From: Alphaproteobacteria bacterium
GTDB lineage: Bacteria; Pseudomonadota; Alphaproteobacteria; GCA-2731375
DNA: 64,000 bases
Assembly: GCA_965225945.1 (NCBI GenBank)
Contig: CBDDBZ010000032.1
Location: 96,001-160,000, forward strand
Direction of reading: 5' to 3'
The translations under genes and the position numbers were made by a program. Numbering within the stretch: the stretch's first letter is position 1; every line of letters begins with the position of its first letter. Of this stretch, positions 62,316 to 64,000 are shown piece by piece. A model generated the notes under the pieces. That model made no database searches. It was not told the DNA's origin and worked only from the letters and a program-made list of their open reading frames with translations.

Positions 62316-63211
62316 CCCGCCTCCTCCACCATCCAGCAGACGAGTTCCTGGAACCCGATGCCCCGGTGTTCGGCGATCTCCGGCACCAGGCTGAGCGGCG
62401 TCATGCCGGGTTGCGTGTTGAGCTCCAGGATGAAGAGACCGTCGACACCGCCGACCTCGGGGTCGAAGCGGAAGTCGGCCCGGCTGACGCCCCGGCAGCC
62501 GATCCCGACATGGGCGTCGAGCGCATAGCCGAGCGCCGCCTGGTAAACCTCGTCCGAAATCCGCGCCGGCATGTAATGGCGCGCCTTGCCGTCAGTGTAC
62601 TTGGCCTCGTAGTCGTAGAAGCCGCTCAACGGCTCGATCTCGATGACGCCGAGCGCGCGCTCTCCCATCACCGCGACGGAAAGCTCCAAGCCATCGATGA
62701 AACGCTCGAACATCACCTCTTCGCCGTGCGACCAGTCGGCCAGCGGATCGATGTTGTCGCCTTCGCGAATGATGTGAACGCCGACGGTCGAGCCCTCGTC
62801 GACCGGCTTCACCACATAAGGCGTTGGCAGAGGGGCCGCGCCGCGCGCGTCCTCGACGCGGCGCACCGTGCTCTCGACGCAGGGAATTCCGGCCTCGGCG
62901 AAAATCTCCTTCGCCGTCGGCTTGTGCATTGCAATCGCGGAGGCGCGGACGCCGGAATGGGTATAGGGGAGATCCATGATCTCAAGCAGGCCCTGGATCC
63001 GGCCATCCTCCCCCCAGCGCCCATGCAGCGCGTTGAAGACGACGTCGGGGGCGAGCGCGCCCAGCACCTCGGCGATGTTCCGCTCGACATCGATCTCGCT
63101 GACCCGGTAGCCGGAATCACGTAGCACCTCGGCGCAGGCGGCTCCGCTGACCAGCGAGACCTCGCGCTCGGCGGACCAGCCACCCATCAGAACCGCGACA
63201 TGCCGGCTCAT
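62303..63211 (-). CDS. ddl: D-alanine--D-alanine ligase
   Basis: GGWSAEREVS, LHGRWGEDG, YDYEAKY, ELNTQPGMT. Confidence 0.97.
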   Translation of the reverse strand: MSRHVAVLMGGWSAEREVSLVSGAACAEVLRDSGYRVSEIDVERNIAEVLGALAPDVVFNALHGRWGEDGRIQGLLEIMDLPYTHSGVRASAIAMHKPTAKEIFAEAGIPCVESTVRRVEDARGAAPLPTPYVVKPVDEGSTVGVHIIREGDNIDPLADWSHGEEVMFERFIDGLELSVAVMGERALGVIEIEPLSGFYDYEAKYTDGKARHYMPARISDEVYQAALGYALDAHVGIGCRGVSRADFRFDPEVGGVDGLFILELNTQPGMTPLSLVPEIAEHRGIGFQELVCWMVEEAGCPR

Positions 63212-64000
63212 GACGCCACCTCGCCGGTTTCCGCCTCGGCGGTGACGCCGAGGCGGCGGATCTCCCATTCCAGGAGAAGGCCGGTCGCCTCCAGCACGCG
63301 GCAACGAATCTCCTCGCCCAGGGTTTCGAGATCCTGGGCGCTGGCCCCACCTTCGTTGATCAGGAAATTGCAATGCTGTTCCGAGACCCGGGCGCCGCCA
63401 CGGCGGAGCCCTCGGCAGCCGGCTGCGTCGATCAGCTCCCAGGCCTTGGCGCCGGGGGGATTCTTGAAGGTGCTGCCGCCGGTGCGGGCGCGGGTCGGCT
63501 GGCTCGCCTCGCGCGCCTCCTTGACCCGCGCCATGCGCTCGGCCACCACGTCGCGGGCTTCCGCGCGACCCCTGAGGCGGGCGCGGACGAAGATCCAGTC
63601 GGCGGGCGCGCTCGAATGGCGGTAGGAAAGGTCCAGCTCGCCGGCCAGCGCGCGATGCATCTCGCCCCGCGCGTCCAGCGCCTCGACCCAGACCAGCACG
63701 TCGACGATCTCCCGCCCGTAGGCACCGGCGTTCATCCGCAAGGCGCCGCCCAGCGTCCCCGGCACGCCGCGCAGGAATTCGAGACCGCCGATCCCGGCAT
63801 CCCGCGCCGCCAGCGCGATCGCCATGTCCGGCGCCGCCGCGCCGGCGACGACGTCGGCCCCCGAGGTCTCGATCCGGGCGAACTCGCGACCCAAACGGAC
63901 CACCACGCCGGGCAGCCCACCGTCGCGCACCAGCAGGTTGGAGCCGACTCCGATGACAGTGAGCGGAATGTCGCTCGGCCAGGCCTCGAGAAATTCGGCG
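63208..64000 (-). CDS. murB: UDP-N-acetylmuramate dehydrogenase (5' end outside window)
   Basis: GSNLL, PGTLGGALRMNAGAYG, GGSTFKNP, HCNFLIN. Confidence 0.96.
   Translation of the reverse strand, partial: AEFLEAWPSDIPLTVIGVGSNLLVRDGGLPGVVVRLGREFARIETSGADVVAGAAAPDMAIALAARDAGIGGLEFLRGVPGTLGGALRMNAGAYGREIVDVLVWVEALDARGEMHRALAGELDLSYRHSSAPADWIFVRARLRGRAEARDVVAERMARVKEAREASQPTRARTGGSTFKNPPGAKAWELIDAAGCRGLRRGGARVSEQHCNFLINEGGASAQDLETLGEEIRCRVLEATGLLLEWEIRRLGVTAEAETGEVAS

Noticed and set aside
1-64000. CRISPR array, cas genes, reverse transcriptase/retron/DGR, or rRNA
   Set aside because: No regularly spaced repeats, Cas motifs, RT motifs or rRNA-like sequence were seen

Overview
GC-rich alphaproteobacterial chromosomal window (inferred from the long-linker FtsZ and the prs-rplY-pth, yggT-yggU-folD and murB-ddl-ftsQAZ gene orders). 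Bases 1 to ~24.2 kb form a decaying mosaic island downstream of the 3' end of tRNA-Gly(GCC). It holds an AlpA fragment, two inverted copies of a 1.3-kb TGT...ACA integrase-core IS bracketing catabolic cargo (polar amino-acid ABC transporter, SDRs, AKR, ureidoglycolate-lyase-like, glutamate-cyclase-like and arylformamidase-like genes), DUF2971, and a long 2OG-Fe(II) oxygenase. It also holds an intact IS630, a nonsense-inactivated IS66, IS110/IS1380/IS5 remnants, and a broken Cre-like recombinase with its own palindromic site. Bases 24.4-64 kb are mostly core and metabolic genes. A second small accessory patch at 40.6-45.4 kb holds IS debris followed by a Slam-type (type XI secretion) exporter. 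Its adjacent cargo is an Ig-domain/TbpB-barrel lipoprotein, and the exporter is interrupted by a G13 tract. All calls come from reading the sequence and recognising motifs; no database searches were run.
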